The notes: a model not told the origin generated them from the letters alone. A stretch of DNA of 64,000 nt from Dimorphilus gyrociliatus (GCA_904063045.1 CAJFCJ010000018.1:372001-436000); one strand, 5' to 3'; positions 12,957-38,577 are shown, counted from the stretch's first letter. Numbers and translations are program-made.

Positions 12957-15900
12957 TTAACGCTTGAATAGACTGAGTATCGAGTGCTTCTTTGAAGACG
13001 GAGGACCCATCAGCATTGGAACTTGGTTTTTGAGTGTTATGGATATCTGTTTTTTTCAATTTCTTTATTTTACCATTGTTCAACGATGCTTACTTTAATA
13101 CTTACTGTACAAGGTGGTTGAAGCCAAGGTTCGCCGTCAATCTGCATTGGAAATCTTTCTCTCGTTCTAAAATAATAAAGTATTAAATTTATATCCGCTT
13201 TAAAGGCAACTTTATTCACCTAATAACTACGTTAGCACATTGTGCTAACCGTCTTCCAGAAGAGCGAAATCCAGCTTTTACTTGTCCAGCATGCATTGCA
13301 CTTTCAACGCCAACTACTTCTAGCATTCCATCGCCTATGTCTGTTTATTATCAACTTTTTATACATTCTTTCAAAGCTAATGAATATAAAAAACCTTGAA
13401 TTGCAAATGACAAGTCCATAGACGACATCGATGATGAGGAATATTCTTTGTCCTTATCCTTCTTTGCTGCTTTTGCAGCTTTTTTACGCTTCTTTGCTGA
13501 TAAATATAACTTTTTTTATCTAAATAGTACTTTGCTATGGTTACTAACCTGAAGGTAAATCGCCCCATAGATTCGTTCCTCCATATATCGATGGAATATT
13601 TAGAATTGCAACACCTTCCAAAGAAGGACCATTTGCAAGATCAAGGGAGCATCCATCACACTATAAGAAAAATGCTAAATCAGTATATTAACTAAATGAT
13701 ATATAACCCAACCATAATATCGATTTTCTCATGTAAATTCTTACATGTCGCTGTGAAAGTTTCACTAGTACCAAATTCAAAATACCATAACTTATTTTTA
13801 ACGCGACTATTAAATTTCTCTGGATGTTTTTCCCTCATGACATGAAATCGATGAGCTATTGAAGCATCCTTAAAAAAGTATAGCTTAGAAAGAAATAGAA
13901 GTTGTAGAAAAAGTCCTTACAACTCCTATAGTAAAATAATTATTTATAATATTGTATGGAATTTCATCGCCTTTTTCATCTGTGCTTTCGTCTTGTCCCT
14001 CAGAAAATTCGATGTGCCATCTATCCATCATTACAGTGGTCGCTTGGTTTAGCTTCAAAAGTATTTTTGTGAGGTTTTCTCCTTCATATCCCCCACCCCA
14101 CCTTAAGCATCTTGCAAGATCATTACCCGTCCCTAGAGGTAACACTGCAACCGGAGGTCTCTTTTCAAAATTCATTTTATCTATTGAGGGAATATATTTA
14201 AATATTTAAACAAAGTGGGGATAGAAACTACCTAAGGCATCTAATAGCCACCCCACTGTACCATCACCTCCACAAGCCAACAATCGACAGTTAGTGACGT
14301 CTTGGAAAAATGACAATCTAACAATAGCACACAAATTAAATATTATTAAATTTTAAACTCAATGAACTTACCCTTCTTTAGGACCTCCTTTCAGTAAGTT
14401 ATATACTTGTCTTGGGTTTAATAAATATTGAAATTTTCTTAAAATTCTGCAAATGTACCAATAAAAATATAGCTCTTGTATACTGTAACTTCACTATTAC
14501 CTTGAACCTTGTTTCCCTCCACTCTTTGGATTAACAAAAACACATAAAGGAGTTGCATTTTCGGATATTGTTATCTGGAATGAACTACCTCCCTAAATTT
14601 CGTATTTATGAACCAGAATTAAAGCAGTGTTTAAAGCAGTCAAGATCGCATTTTCAGAGTATGGTCAGCAATTAGATGAAAGAAAAAAGTTACATTAGAA
14701 AGATTGATTAATAGGCTTGAAAAAAAAGAGAAATATTAATATTAAAATTTGAAAACTGTAGCAGGTTAAAATCATGGTATTGAAGAAACTACCTGTAATG
14801 GACTAATAACTCCATCTAGTGGTAAATTCTCAGAGCTGCATTCGTCTCTAGGCAGCGTATCCCTAATTTTTCTGTCTAAGACGGCTGGTCGAATCGCTGT
14901 GGGAGGAAGAATATGCTCATGCAATGAGCCTAAATAACACTCAGGCGTTTCTAGTGAAGCGCATTTATTGTGTAGCTGTAATGAACAATTCATGGATTAT
15001 GAAAAATCTTATGCGTTTTTAGGTTACCGTAATCTGGCACCATCTACAATGTCTCCCAGTTACTCCATTGTAAGATTTAATAGATTTACGACATCTATCA
15101 CATTTTCCTGCACAATTTCCTTCAACCCAGTGATGTTTCATACGCTAAATGAGAGTAATTTTATAATACGTAAATTATCAACATGCTTAAAAGTATACCC
15201 CAGAGGTTTTTTTTGATTTAACATAAGTCGTAATGCAAGATGCTGGCGCTCTTTGAACGCATCTTTCGTGAACTGTGTATTTACAAACTAGGGAATTGAA
15301 AGTGTTAGATTATTTCTAATAATACGAATATTTCAAAATACATATGCAGGATAATCCTTGCTTTCCCAAGCCAACAAGAAGATTGAGACATAAATTGCAA
15401 TATGCTGGTTTGTTAAAATGCTTTAGTCTCCAAGAGTGAGTCCCATCATCTTTAACATTCTAGACAAGTTTACCATAAGCGTTTAATGATATACTGAGAT
15501 GAATACTAAAACTCCACTCACGGCGTCAAGTCCTAAGAGAACAAGCAGAGGAATCGTGGTTAATCCGCCTTTTTTCCATTCTGCAAGAGAAACAGTCCCA
15601 TCAGCATCGTAATCGATTTCTTGCATCATGTCTTTAAGAATCTATTGTATAAACATTCGCTACAAAAGTGACAGTGAAAACATTCAAACTATAAATGCAT
15701 ACTGGTCTTAGCTCAGAGACATCCCATCCAAGGTACTCGGCCACAGTCATCATTTGACTAATTATCATATCTAATTCCTAAAAAAAACAAGAATGAGCTT
15801 CATAACTTTTGTTTATATAGTAACAAACTTTCGCGTCCAGTATGCCATTTCCATCAGTATCATATAGGAGGAACATAACTGTAATATTTAGGATAAATAA

Positions 15901-17517
15901 AAATAATCAGTCAAATAGAACAATACAAACATTCAAGTTTATCTTCTGGTCTGCCAGCTTCTAAGAGTGATAAATAGCAAACAACTTCCTTGACAAGAAC
16001 TTTTCCAGTCTTCAAGTCTTGACTATCTTTCCTTACTAACATGATAGCTTTGTTGGAATCAGGAAGGACTCCTGCAAATGAGATATACGTAACTCAATTG
16101 ACAAGAGAATTTAATAAGAATGAGGGGCACACTAAATATTCTAGAAACAATTCATTTTTTAAGAGACATACAAACCTTTTACTAAGGATGTATCTGACTG
16201 CCGAATCCACGGATCCTCTGGTAACAATTTTTTATTCATTCAATAAACTCAAAAAGGGTGAAAGAACAGATACGAATGCTTTAAAGACAAGATTCGACAA
16301 TTTCATTCGGAAATTTTATAGAGAAGCCCATCTTCTCAATAGTATAGACTAATGTTTAACATGAATAGGAGGATCTCTTAGGAAAGAAAATATCATGCAA
16401 AGAAATATAGAGTTCCTACCATGATGTACACTGTTCGCACTGTTGCTCGATTTCTTTGATGAACTTCTGGAATGATTGGATGTTTCGGGAGTCTCTGGAG
16501 AATGAGCGAGTTTATCAAGATCCGATGGAGCTGTCGGAGATTTAACTTGTACCCCATGATGAACTGCAGACCCAGTAGATCCTACGAAGTAAGTTTTTAA
16601 CTCATAAACTGAGTGTTTTAGAAAAAAATTAGGAACCGACAAGGAACCTCGATAGTTTAATTCATGCAGCTTCAAATAAAAGTATATATTAATCATCCCG
16701 TAGCGCTCTATTTCGGATAAAAGTTTTTTTTTCAATTTATCTTTATCTCTTCAAGCGAAAGAGCTTATTAAGCGAAAGGGGGCGCTACAGAATAAAAACA
16801 TCTGTTAGATTCTGTGACTGAACTAGGGAACGAGGAAGGGGCGTTATGTTGGCTAACACCAACCTGTTCGCGATCTACGACCAAGGTCAATGCTATTGCT
16901 GCCTGAATCGTGTCTGGAATGTCCAAGGACATGTATCTTCTCTGTCAAGCCATGTAACTTGTCGGCAACTTTATCAGCCAGCGTCGATTTAATTTGCGGT
17001 AAGTCTGCACCGGTGGCTGAGACTTCTTTCACTATCTTACCTTTCAAACTAGTAGGTGTCGTAGGTGGAGCTCTCGGTTGTTTGAGAAAGGAAAGAAAGA
17101 GAGCTTGAACGAGTTCCTCTTCCATTTCTCCCACGTACGACTCCATAAACTTTTTAAAACAGGTGTATGTAATTGGCTAAAGAAAAAGAAAATTTTTTCA
17201 GTGGTTTAGATCCATCTACTTTTTTAAATATGTTTACTTCCTCAGGATTGAATGTTTCATCATTGTTCTGAAACTCCTGCAAAACTTCTTTTATGCTCTT
17301 TCCGGAGTCTATCAATAGAACGTGACCAGTTAAAAAAGCTAAGAATTATATTAAGTATGCAGCCATCTTATAATTATAGCCGATAGCCACAAGTACAAAA
17401 GCACAGTAATAAATTACTTTCCATAGGCTTATGTTAAAGGGTACTAGACTTACATGAAACATATTCTTGTAATTGATGGAATTGGCCAGGACTCATTTTT
17501 TCCCAGACTAAAGGCAT
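12957..17517 (-). CDS. DGKB: Type I diacylglycerol kinase (DGK alpha/beta/gamma class; EF-hands, two C1 domains, catalytic and accessory domains)
   Basis: First exon 17517-17454 ([21 protein letters not shown]), then [32 protein letters not shown] and C1 domains ([17 protein letters not shown]; [15 protein letters not shown]). Catalytic CGGDGTVGW and [26 protein letters not shown], then PMQIDGEPW. Last exon [16 protein letters not shown]...LFKR* with TAA ending at 12957. The paralogue symbol is approximate. Confidence 0.94.
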
Positions 17518-18627
17518 TTTTGTCAATGTACCACACCTTTTCCAACTGCAAAATGTAAAGTCTCAAATTGTAAATACCAGAATTCTATGCGAGATGTCGT
17601 TGTCTGTATGTAATAAGCGTGCAGATCATATATAGAAGTTGCGCGTATGTAAAAGCCACGCCTCATCAACATATAGTATCGATTTTCTATAATTTTATAT
17701 ATTTTCATCGTAATATTTTTTGATAATTCCAACAGCAAACACAAACGAATATAAGGACAAGAATTAACTTAGCATAAAACATATCCCTAATGTTATGAAG
17801 AAAATCAACAGCTCTATGCATGTGAAGTTTATTCATAGCTATATAGGAATAATATACAAGTACAACAGCTAGATAATTATTGTTATTACCTTAAAATCAA
17901 GAAGCAAATCTGAGCAATTAAAGAATGTGAATATATATTACAAATTGTTAAATTAACCCACCTTAATATGATGTTATATTAATCGTCCATATTCCAAAAA
18001 TAATAGCTCAATGTCTGTCCAAAAATTTGCATCAACTTATAACTAAGCAAAACTACGAAATCAACTGCACTGGCTACATAAAACATACACCCTTAACGTA
18101 CCTCTTTTGCGAAAGATTTCACATTCACCCACGCTTTTTTTCTTCTTTAATCAACCAGATGGAGTGATTGTTTTTAATGTAGATAATCGTTTTTTATGCT
18201 ATGCAAAATTGTAATTGGCTCTTAATCGTTCCCTGCAAAAATAATTTACTGGGCGTATGACTTGAACAATTACGGAAATAAGTGTTATTATATAAGTCAT
18301 TGATCTTTGCCGAAGACTTATTTTTTATTTTATTTAACGACAGTTACAGAATGTTAAATATGATATTTTTGATGTAAAACATCCACAGTGGTATTAGAAA
18401 AATCAGTAGCGCGCAGATATGATAAACCAGTTACTGCACATAATGTCGAAATATTTTAGGCATCACAGAATATATCAACTACTAGAATAAACAAAAATAA
18501 GACCAATTCATTTCTCAGTCTCAGTATGTACAATTCCTATTAAAAAAGGCCTCAATCATTATATGCAGGTCGTTGAACAATTTCTGATGTAGTGATTATA
18601 TCACTTCCAGGAGACAGTTTTTAAGTT

Positions 18628-20878
18628 TTAAGCTATCGTACACGAACATTTGCAGTTAGTCCCACAACAACAGCCTCTTTTGCGGGTATCATTTGATTGT
18701 GCGGGAGGAGTTACTGGAGCAAAGTAGGCATGTACAATCAGATTTGGCAATCTGTCCTGTAATTACCATTTGTGAGAAATTAAGGTGAAGTATTAATCTT
18801 TATCGTACCTGAGGGTCAGAGCAGCACGCAACAGCGACAGTACCGTCGTCTACTCGGACCGACAGAGGTTGGTGGAGTCATTGGAGCGAAGTACGCGTGA
18901 ACTATTATGTTTTCAAGGTGTGTCTGTTTCAACAACAAACTCTTTTTTTACCAGCGTGCTGCTCTAACTGCTCTGGTTCGCGTTTAACTAACCTTAAGCC
19001 TTCTTATTCCAGCTCTTGTTATCAGCTGACAATCATATAGCTCAATTCGCTTTAAACCTTGGCAAGCGTTTAAGTGATCTAAACTAGCATCAGTAATTAA
19101 AGGACAGTTATCTAGTTCTAGAACACTTAAATTCTCAGTGGCACACGGTCCGCTTCCCAGATGCCGAATTCCTTCGTCAGTAATCAGTTCACAATGAGAT
19201 AAACTCTGAAAGAGTAAAATGTATATATTAAGATTTAATTTTAAGATAATCCTGTATAAGACTAACTATCTGAGATAGCATTGGACATTGCATTGCTAAC
19301 TGAGCTAAAGTTGCGTCAGTTATTTGATTGCATTCTTCAAGGTCCATTCTTTCTAAGTTATGGCAATTCTGAAAAACTATTTGTTAGTTTTAAACTTTTT
19401 AGAAAAAATGGTTACTCTAGCTAGAGCTTGAAAGCCGTTGTCTGTAAAGTGTGTACACTCTGCAACTTCTAGTGTCTTCAAGTCATGACATCCTTCTCCT
19501 AGTCTTACCAAAGTAGCGTCTGTTAATTGCGAACAACCAGATACACATAAAGTTTTTAACTGTCGGCAATAGGTACTGATATGCTCAATAGCAACATCAG
19601 TAATCTGCAAACAAAGTAGTGAATTATTTTTACCCATAAATATTTTTTATATACCCGGCAGTTTCTCAAGTTAATTAGTTGTAAATTTTTGCAGCCCCGT
19701 GATAGCTTTTCAATTCCTTCATCGGTTACATTTGTACAACCTTTTGCTAAAACATGTGCTAGGTCTTTGCATCCTTGTCCAATCGAATGTAATCCTTCAT
19801 CTGTGATATTGACACACCAGGATATGTTAAGGTGTATCAAATGAGGACAACCAGTTCCTATTGAGATTAGGGATTGATTTGTTATTTCAATACAGGATTC
19901 AAGATTTAGATTGGCCAAACGAACGCAGTACTGGCCAAGATGTCTACTAGTTCTAAAAAAATAAATTAATGAAATAGAATACTTTTACAAATAAAAGAAG
20001 TACAGACTCATCTGATATCTGTTTGCAATCTTTCAAATTTAAAATTTCAATACTACGGCATGATTTCGCAAAAGTGCTGCAACACGAGCAAATATCGATC
20101 AGAACATAATTTGAAAACCAAAAAAAACCTTACACCAAAGCTGCATCTGTTACATGTTTGCAACCACATAAACCAAGGGATTTTAAAAATCCACCACATC
20201 GATGAGCTATGTGCTCCACAATTCGACCTTCGATTGCTACTTGAAAATTAAATAAATCCACTCTCTGCCAGTTGCTTCCATCTAAAGCCAACATATTCCA
20301 ATACTGTTTGCAAACATAAGTAAGTCAATCGCAATTTTAAAACTATATTTCACCTTTGATACTTGTGCACATCTGCATAGTGCCACAACATCAAGGAAAG
20401 AAAATATTCTGAAAAGCCAAAATTAGTATTTGATGGTTATATACTACATAATTTACCTCAACAATAATTCTTTTGGTAATTTCTTATTGATATGACCTTC
20501 TTCCGGAGTTGACGTCGTTGGAATATCAATGCAATTCGTCTACAAATTATGGATATTGATTACTTAAAATTTGAAGCCTTTCGATGACATAAATCATGCA
20601 ATATTAAGTTGTTCACTGTTGCAAAACAACAATCTGAAATAGAAATCTTAGAAATCTAAGCGTCACAGAAATGACATACCACAATCATACTCTGGTAATT
20701 CAAATCGACGTCGGGCTAGTTAAAGAGAAACGAAGAGAAATTTTACTACCGATGGACAAACAAAGGAAGGCAAACTCAAATGGGCTTCGAAGATAAAATG
20801 TAATTTTATACGCACCTCTGACTTGGCTCTAGAGTAGGCATAGCCATTGTAATTACCTCCGTGATTATGATTGTTCAT
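18628..20878 (-). CDS. FBXL20: F-box/LRR protein of the FBXL2/FBXL20 family with C-terminal CAAX
   Basis: ATG at 20878 (MNNHNHGGNYNGYAYSRAKSE), F-box HINKKLPKELLLR|IFSFLDVVALCRCAQV and LRRs (LNLESCIEITNQSL, LEVAECTHFTDNGF, LELDNCPLITDASL, YDCQLITRAGIRRLK). Two alternative terminal coding exons both contain VHAYFAP.TPP. Co-orthologous to FBXL2 and FBXL20. Confidence 0.94.
18809..18923 (-). CDS. FBXL2/20 alternative terminal coding exon A (ends ...SRRRYCRCCVLL*)
   Basis: Acceptor GAAACAG| at 18924, phase-0 ORF THLENIIVHAYFAPMTPPTSVGPSRRRYCRCCVLL, TGA at 18818-18816 and donor CAG|GTACG 7 nt later. A 52-nt intron then leads to exon B (18756-18628: DRLPNLIVHAYFAPVTPPAQSNDTRKRGCCCGTNCKCSCTIA*). 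Confidence 0.88.
18815..18968. repeat. 15-bp inverted repeat (pre-mRNA stem) bracketing FBXL exon A
   Basis: On the transcript, intronic GUUAGAGCAGCACGC (18968-18954) is complementary to exonic GCGUGCUGCUCUGAC (18829-18815): 14 Watson-Crick pairs plus one G-U. Confidence 0.85.
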
Positions 20879-21408
20879 CTTCTACACATTGTTAGATAAC
20901 TACAATGGAAGAATAAAAATGTATATATTTTCATGGAAAAACAAAAGATTATCGCATTGAATATTAAACTGATTCTGATTGGCTGATATATATATATGCA
21001 TATTAATTAGATTAAATCAAAATATAACTGATATTTTCTGTTTATAAATTGTAAACAATTAAAAGAAAATGAATTATGGAAATTTTAAAGAAATTAGTCT
21101 ATTTAAAATTGCAAACTGAAAATTTAATGGTCTTTAAAAGTAGAACTTTTATAAATTTTTTTAAAATGGAACTAATGCGCCATACTAATTAATTTAACAA
21201 ATTAATTTACTTATACTTATAATGTTGATTTGAGCTACTGATTGATCAAGATTTATAATATTGATTCTTATTCTTTCCTTTAAATATCATAGGTGGGAGG
21301 GGAATTTATTGCGTTCCTATTAATGGAAAAGGCGACTCATATAAATTTCATGTTTTATTACTGGATCGCACAATACGTTTGATCATTTAATGATCAGTTG
21401 CCTACAAA

Positions 21409-33682
<12,274 letters not shown>

Positions 33683-33956
33683 AAACTGGTGTTTAAGTAA
33701 TAATTAACTTTAATACTTTAATATAGCAATTTCCTACTCATTTTGTTAATTTATTTATGGATGAGGATCAATAATGTTATCACTAAACTTTTTTTAGATA
33801 AAATATAATAAGCCAAAGTGCTTTCTTTAATTATTGCAAAAATATTTTATTGACTCAATCAAATTTTCAGCAAAACAATGAATCTCATAATAGTAATAAA
33901 CTTTAATTACAATGTTTCCATATTGTAAAGCTTTATTTAATATATGTGACCTTCAC

Positions 33957-35652
33957 TCACATTTTGAAATCTACGTGATCAACTCCTTTCCATCTCCAGC
34001 TGTCTTTTGGTGTGCGAGCTTCGCTGTTTATTCCATAGTCAGTTGAATCAAAAACAGTGCCATGCGAAAAGTGATCTTCAGAATTTATATCTTCCTTGTT
34101 TTCCTCTGGCTGTTCTATAGCTCTTGAAAACAAGAACATTTATTCTTGATAACATAAATATTAATTTTAAGTGTAACTTACTTCTTCTCCCGTTTTCTCT
34201 TTTTATAGCCAACTATGATCAGCACGATAAGAACGAAACAAGTTACGCCAATAGCAATACCTATATGTTTACATATTGAATTAAATTTTTTGGATTTTAT
34301 AGATTAATTTTTCACACCTAGTAAAGGAGCCATTAAGGAAAAAGAACTGTCAGAATATTTACCAACAGTAGCTTTAGTTGTATATAAATCATCTAAAGTT
34401 TTGAATAAATAATAATAAATTTTAGTTTATGGAATATTGGTAGTGAACTTCTCAAAGTATAATCTTCATACCAGTTGAAACTTTGGAAGCACTTGTTTTT
34501 ATTTTAGAAAATGTCGATTCTATTTTAAAATGAAAATATATCAAAATATATATGTATAATATAATCAATTCAACAAACCATCTATTGAAGAAGTCTTAAG
34601 CTGCAAGCGACTGGTTGTAGCTAAAATGAAATTTCATTACTAAACAGATTTCAATGAAAATAGTTCAACATGTATACTTAATTTATAATCCTCTTTTGCA
34701 CATATAACTGACCAATTTCTCTGTGTACATGAATGATCTAACCAATTTTCTTTTTCAGTAACAGATAGGACGACGCAAGATTGGTTAATTTTATTCGGCT
34801 GATCTACTTCCCAATTGAAATAATATTGAGGTCCCCTAGAATTTCCTATAGATTACATAATTAGTAATACTACAAGCAGCCGAAATAATCATAAAATTAT
34901 TTTATTACGCTTTAGTTATAAAAGTACAAGTATCTAATTTTTTATAATACATGTACTCACTCCACTCTGATTTTGAATACCCCACCCAAAACTTTTCAGT
35001 TGACGGTTTCATTTTTGATAAGTGCTCTGTTTTTATTCTGAAAAGAGAACCATTCAGCTTCCGGCAAGTCTGTACACTATTGTACCATGTTCCTTCAGAG
35101 ATATTTCGATAACACTCAGAAGTCTTGTTACAATCATCTGTTTATGAATTGTATCTTTCACAGTTCGAAAAAGGAATGTTTTTATCTACATGTATTATAT
35201 AATTCATCACTTTACCTAAATAACATAGCGCCTTCAAATTTTTCGAACAATCATCAGCTCGCAATTTTCCTTCTTTTATAAAAGCACAAGTTTTATAAGA
35301 TGAATCTTCCGCCGGTGGCATAATATCGCTTTGATCTAAAATTAGAATAAACTTTTTTCTGCTCGAAATTAATTTGCAAATAAAAACAACTTATCACAGC
35401 TCTCCAATCGTGAATCGTCTCTTTTAAGTCTAACCAGCACCTACTAATATTATATTGATTTAAGATTTTCACCAATTGATCTTGATCTTCCTTATTTTCT
35501 AAAATCGGCAGCGTTAATCCTTTGTTCAAACACCATTCTCTTGCTTTATAATAATCAAGACCCACATCTTGATAGAAAAAGACTTTGGCATTTGAAGCAT
35601 AGTTTATTAAAACTATGCAAAATACAAAGAAATGGAAGATTGAAACTCTCAT
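33957..35652 (-). CDS. Type I membrane protein with two C-type-lectin-like domains
   Basis: Signal peptide MRVSIFHFFVFCIVLINYASNA. CTLD1: YYKAREWC...CWLDL...CAFI..LRADDCSKNLKALC. CTLD2: WYNSVQTCRKLNGSL...FWVGI...WEVDQPN...SCVV. S/T-rich stalk, TM GIAIGVTCFVLIVLIIVGY plus KKRKREKK, and last exon ending ...VDHVDFKM* at 33957. Some internal boundaries are unresolved. Confidence 0.7.
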
Positions 35653-36537
35653 ATTACTAAACGTTAGTCTTTGTGTAAGTGAGAAGCTATTTTCTTTTGC
35701 AAATCCTTGGATAGAATTAAGTAAACAATTATATTTAATATTATTGCGGCAACGAGTGAACTTAAAGCCTCAGAAAAACAAAAAGAGATCTTGTTATACT
35801 AAATTTATGCGTTCAATCTAGTCATGAATATGGAATTTTAAAGCAGAGACAGAACGCACGAAACTTCTCCGCAAAACTTTAAATTTTTTGCCGTTTAAAA
35901 ATGCGTATATATACAGTATATATACTGTATATTAATTCGATATTTCTGTATATAGCATATATAGCGTATAATGTTGAAATAATGGCTGTTATAATGCGTA
36001 TAAAAGTTTAACGACTGGATTTTCAAAAAATTTTAGCTGAAAGCATTTATTCGTGCTTTTTTCTGCATAAACCCTAAACGTTAGACAAAAAGAGAGATAT
36101 TTCATAATCATGTGTGAAAAAGTTATCTATAATAAGACTCAATCTTTTGTGACTAATACAATATATATTTCTATATATGGAATCGATTGAAAAATTTATA
36201 CTTAAGTGTCATTCTAAAATTTGGCTATAAAGTCGGAAAACAACATTTATTAGTATAAAACAATAAAAAGGTGTATTAAACACAAGAAGCATACCATATA
36301 AGTATTCTAGACAATTGTAATTCTAACCAATAAATAGTACAAATATATTACCAGATATAAAAAATAAAATGATTAATAAAGTATACACTTAAGGTGCTGA
36401 CAGCAAAAGGTATCAACTAAAAAGATTTTGGAAAGCATTTATAAAGCTCACAAATTATAATTATAGTAAAAAGTTACGTGAATACTGAAGCACAATGAAC
36501 AAAGTTATGTCTACATTTAAAGTATGATTGAAATCTA

Positions 36538-38346
36538 TTATTCATTTCCAAATATAATCATTTGGTGTGAAATTAAAACTTCAATTAACTCTCTCTCATA
36601 TTGAAAAATTTGTAATCGAGTAGCTAAGTCGGCGTCTATTGATTGGAATAGAGTTGGAGCAAAAATTGTTGCTAAGTTATCAGAAGTCATTTTGTTCGTA
36701 TCCTGCATTTTCACAACTCTAAAACCAAAAAGTTAATTACTATTAGCTTTTTAGCTCATTATATTTTTCTTACCTATGAAGGTGCTTCATCAAATACTTT
36801 AAAGTATGATAATGAGCAGGTGGTAACTGCTCAATGCTTTTTTTGAGATTTTCTAATTTTAACGATTCTTGATTAAAATCTCTCTTTATTATTTCCATAG
36901 ACGATTGATATATTTCATACGTAATAACTGGAATGGGAAGCGATCGAAGGTACAGTTTCAAAACAGAGGTTATGACATTTTCATCGTCTTCTTGATTTAA
37001 TTCGATATTTTCCCCTTCTCTATCAAAACCCATCCTAATGAAATCAATGCCATCTAAATGACCGCCTATTCTGTATAAACCTTCAAAATGCACACCTCTG
37101 CGTTCAATTTCCTTGACACACTTTTCAACCACGAAAGGAATTAGATTATTAGTTGCCTTGGCTAAAGTTGTAAGATCAACGCCAAACACTCTTTTAACAT
37201 ATTTCATCTCAGGGGCGCAATCAGATGGGAGCTTTTCAGAGCAATGTTTATGGGCCGCAAAACCACAATCTTGGCATTTCACACCCTGATTCACCAAACC
37301 CCATAAATAATTAGCACAGAAATCACACCAATGAGGACCCATGAAAGAATGGGTTTTGAATTTATGAGGTTTCTCGAATTCTCCTGGTGTATTAGTTACT
37401 TCAGGAGAAATAGTGCTACTGCTTAGAGTTACTGAATTGTTAGATCGACGAGAGATCGAAGATCGACTGCTTGAGGAGTTTTCTAATTCCTTGTGAATAT
37501 TAGGCAGATGATCTTTTAGGTCCACTACAACTTTTGCGCCGCCTGCTCGATCTACGATATTACGTTGCTTTTCAACCATCAATCGATTTAGCATAGCATT
37601 TTCAGTCACAACTTTTGCAGGAATCTTCATTTTTTGAGGAGATTTTAGTTTATTAGAATCAGCTTTTTTTTGGGCAGCTTTCTTTCGCTGTTCAAGAGTA
37701 TATCGGCAATAAGGACTATCTGAATAATTTCTGCTTGACAAAGCTAGAATATAATCAGCAGCCTTCAGTTCTATGTAAAACGTTATTAAACCGTCTGCAA
37801 CTAGGTCTGTTAATGTAGAAAAATACTTGTCTCCTATTTGATGTTGACCTTCATAGTATATCTGATAATTTCTCACTTCATTATTAAATTTAATCATTAA
37901 TGTAAATTGACCAGGGGCTCGCTGACTTTCTCGAACAAGATAGGCACCATCTTCAGTTTTACTCTGCAATAGATTTGTCGCCTCATCTCGGGAAATTGAT
38001 CCGTGATATTCATTACCATAAAAAGACGGTCGATTCTCAATCTAAAAAACATCCAAAACAAAACATTATTTTTGCTAATCAAAGTATTCATCTTTTACAC
38101 GATTTTTATGAGAGGCTACAACCTCAAACAAAAGGTTTATGACGAATTTTTTTCATAAGCTTTAAAGATACAAACCCGCTTAGGACAAATAACAGCCTTT
38201 GGTTTCGGTGCTTGAGTTTGTAAATTGAACACTGTTAAAATATCGTGTTATTATATTGTTTAAAAATAATAAAAATTCATATTACGGTAACTATTCCACT
38301 CATTGGTTTCTCTCCTCTCACTGATTACTGATGATTGACCTTTCAT
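36538..38346 (-). CDS. CHN1: Chimaerin (SH2-C1-RhoGAP Rac GAP)
   Basis: Exons 38346-38286 and a short exon giving WNSY|LFNLQTQAPKPKAVICPKR. A long exon carries SH2 (YHGSISRDEA...YLVRESQRAPGQFTL), C1 (HKFKTHSFMGPHWCDFCANYLWGLVNQGVKCQDC) and RhoGAP (VFGVDLTTL...EGLYR). Last exon NKMTSDNLATIFAPTL...FGNE* ends at 36538. Co-orthologous to CHN1 and CHN2. Confidence 0.93.
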
Positions 38347-38577
38347 TGCAAAAAATAAAATATGATCTTTAGTTGTTAGTTTATTACTGCTCCTACGAAC
38401 GCAAGACATTTTTAGGCAACAAAAATATCCAAGTAGTGAATTTTACCTTGAATTTTTGATGCCATTATTACGAAATTAACGCTAAGCTTATCATCTTTCT
38501 AATTCTTATCTTGAACTAATCCAAAGCAAAACTGACGATAAAATCGTTAATGAATACTTTACATTATCGTCCATCTA

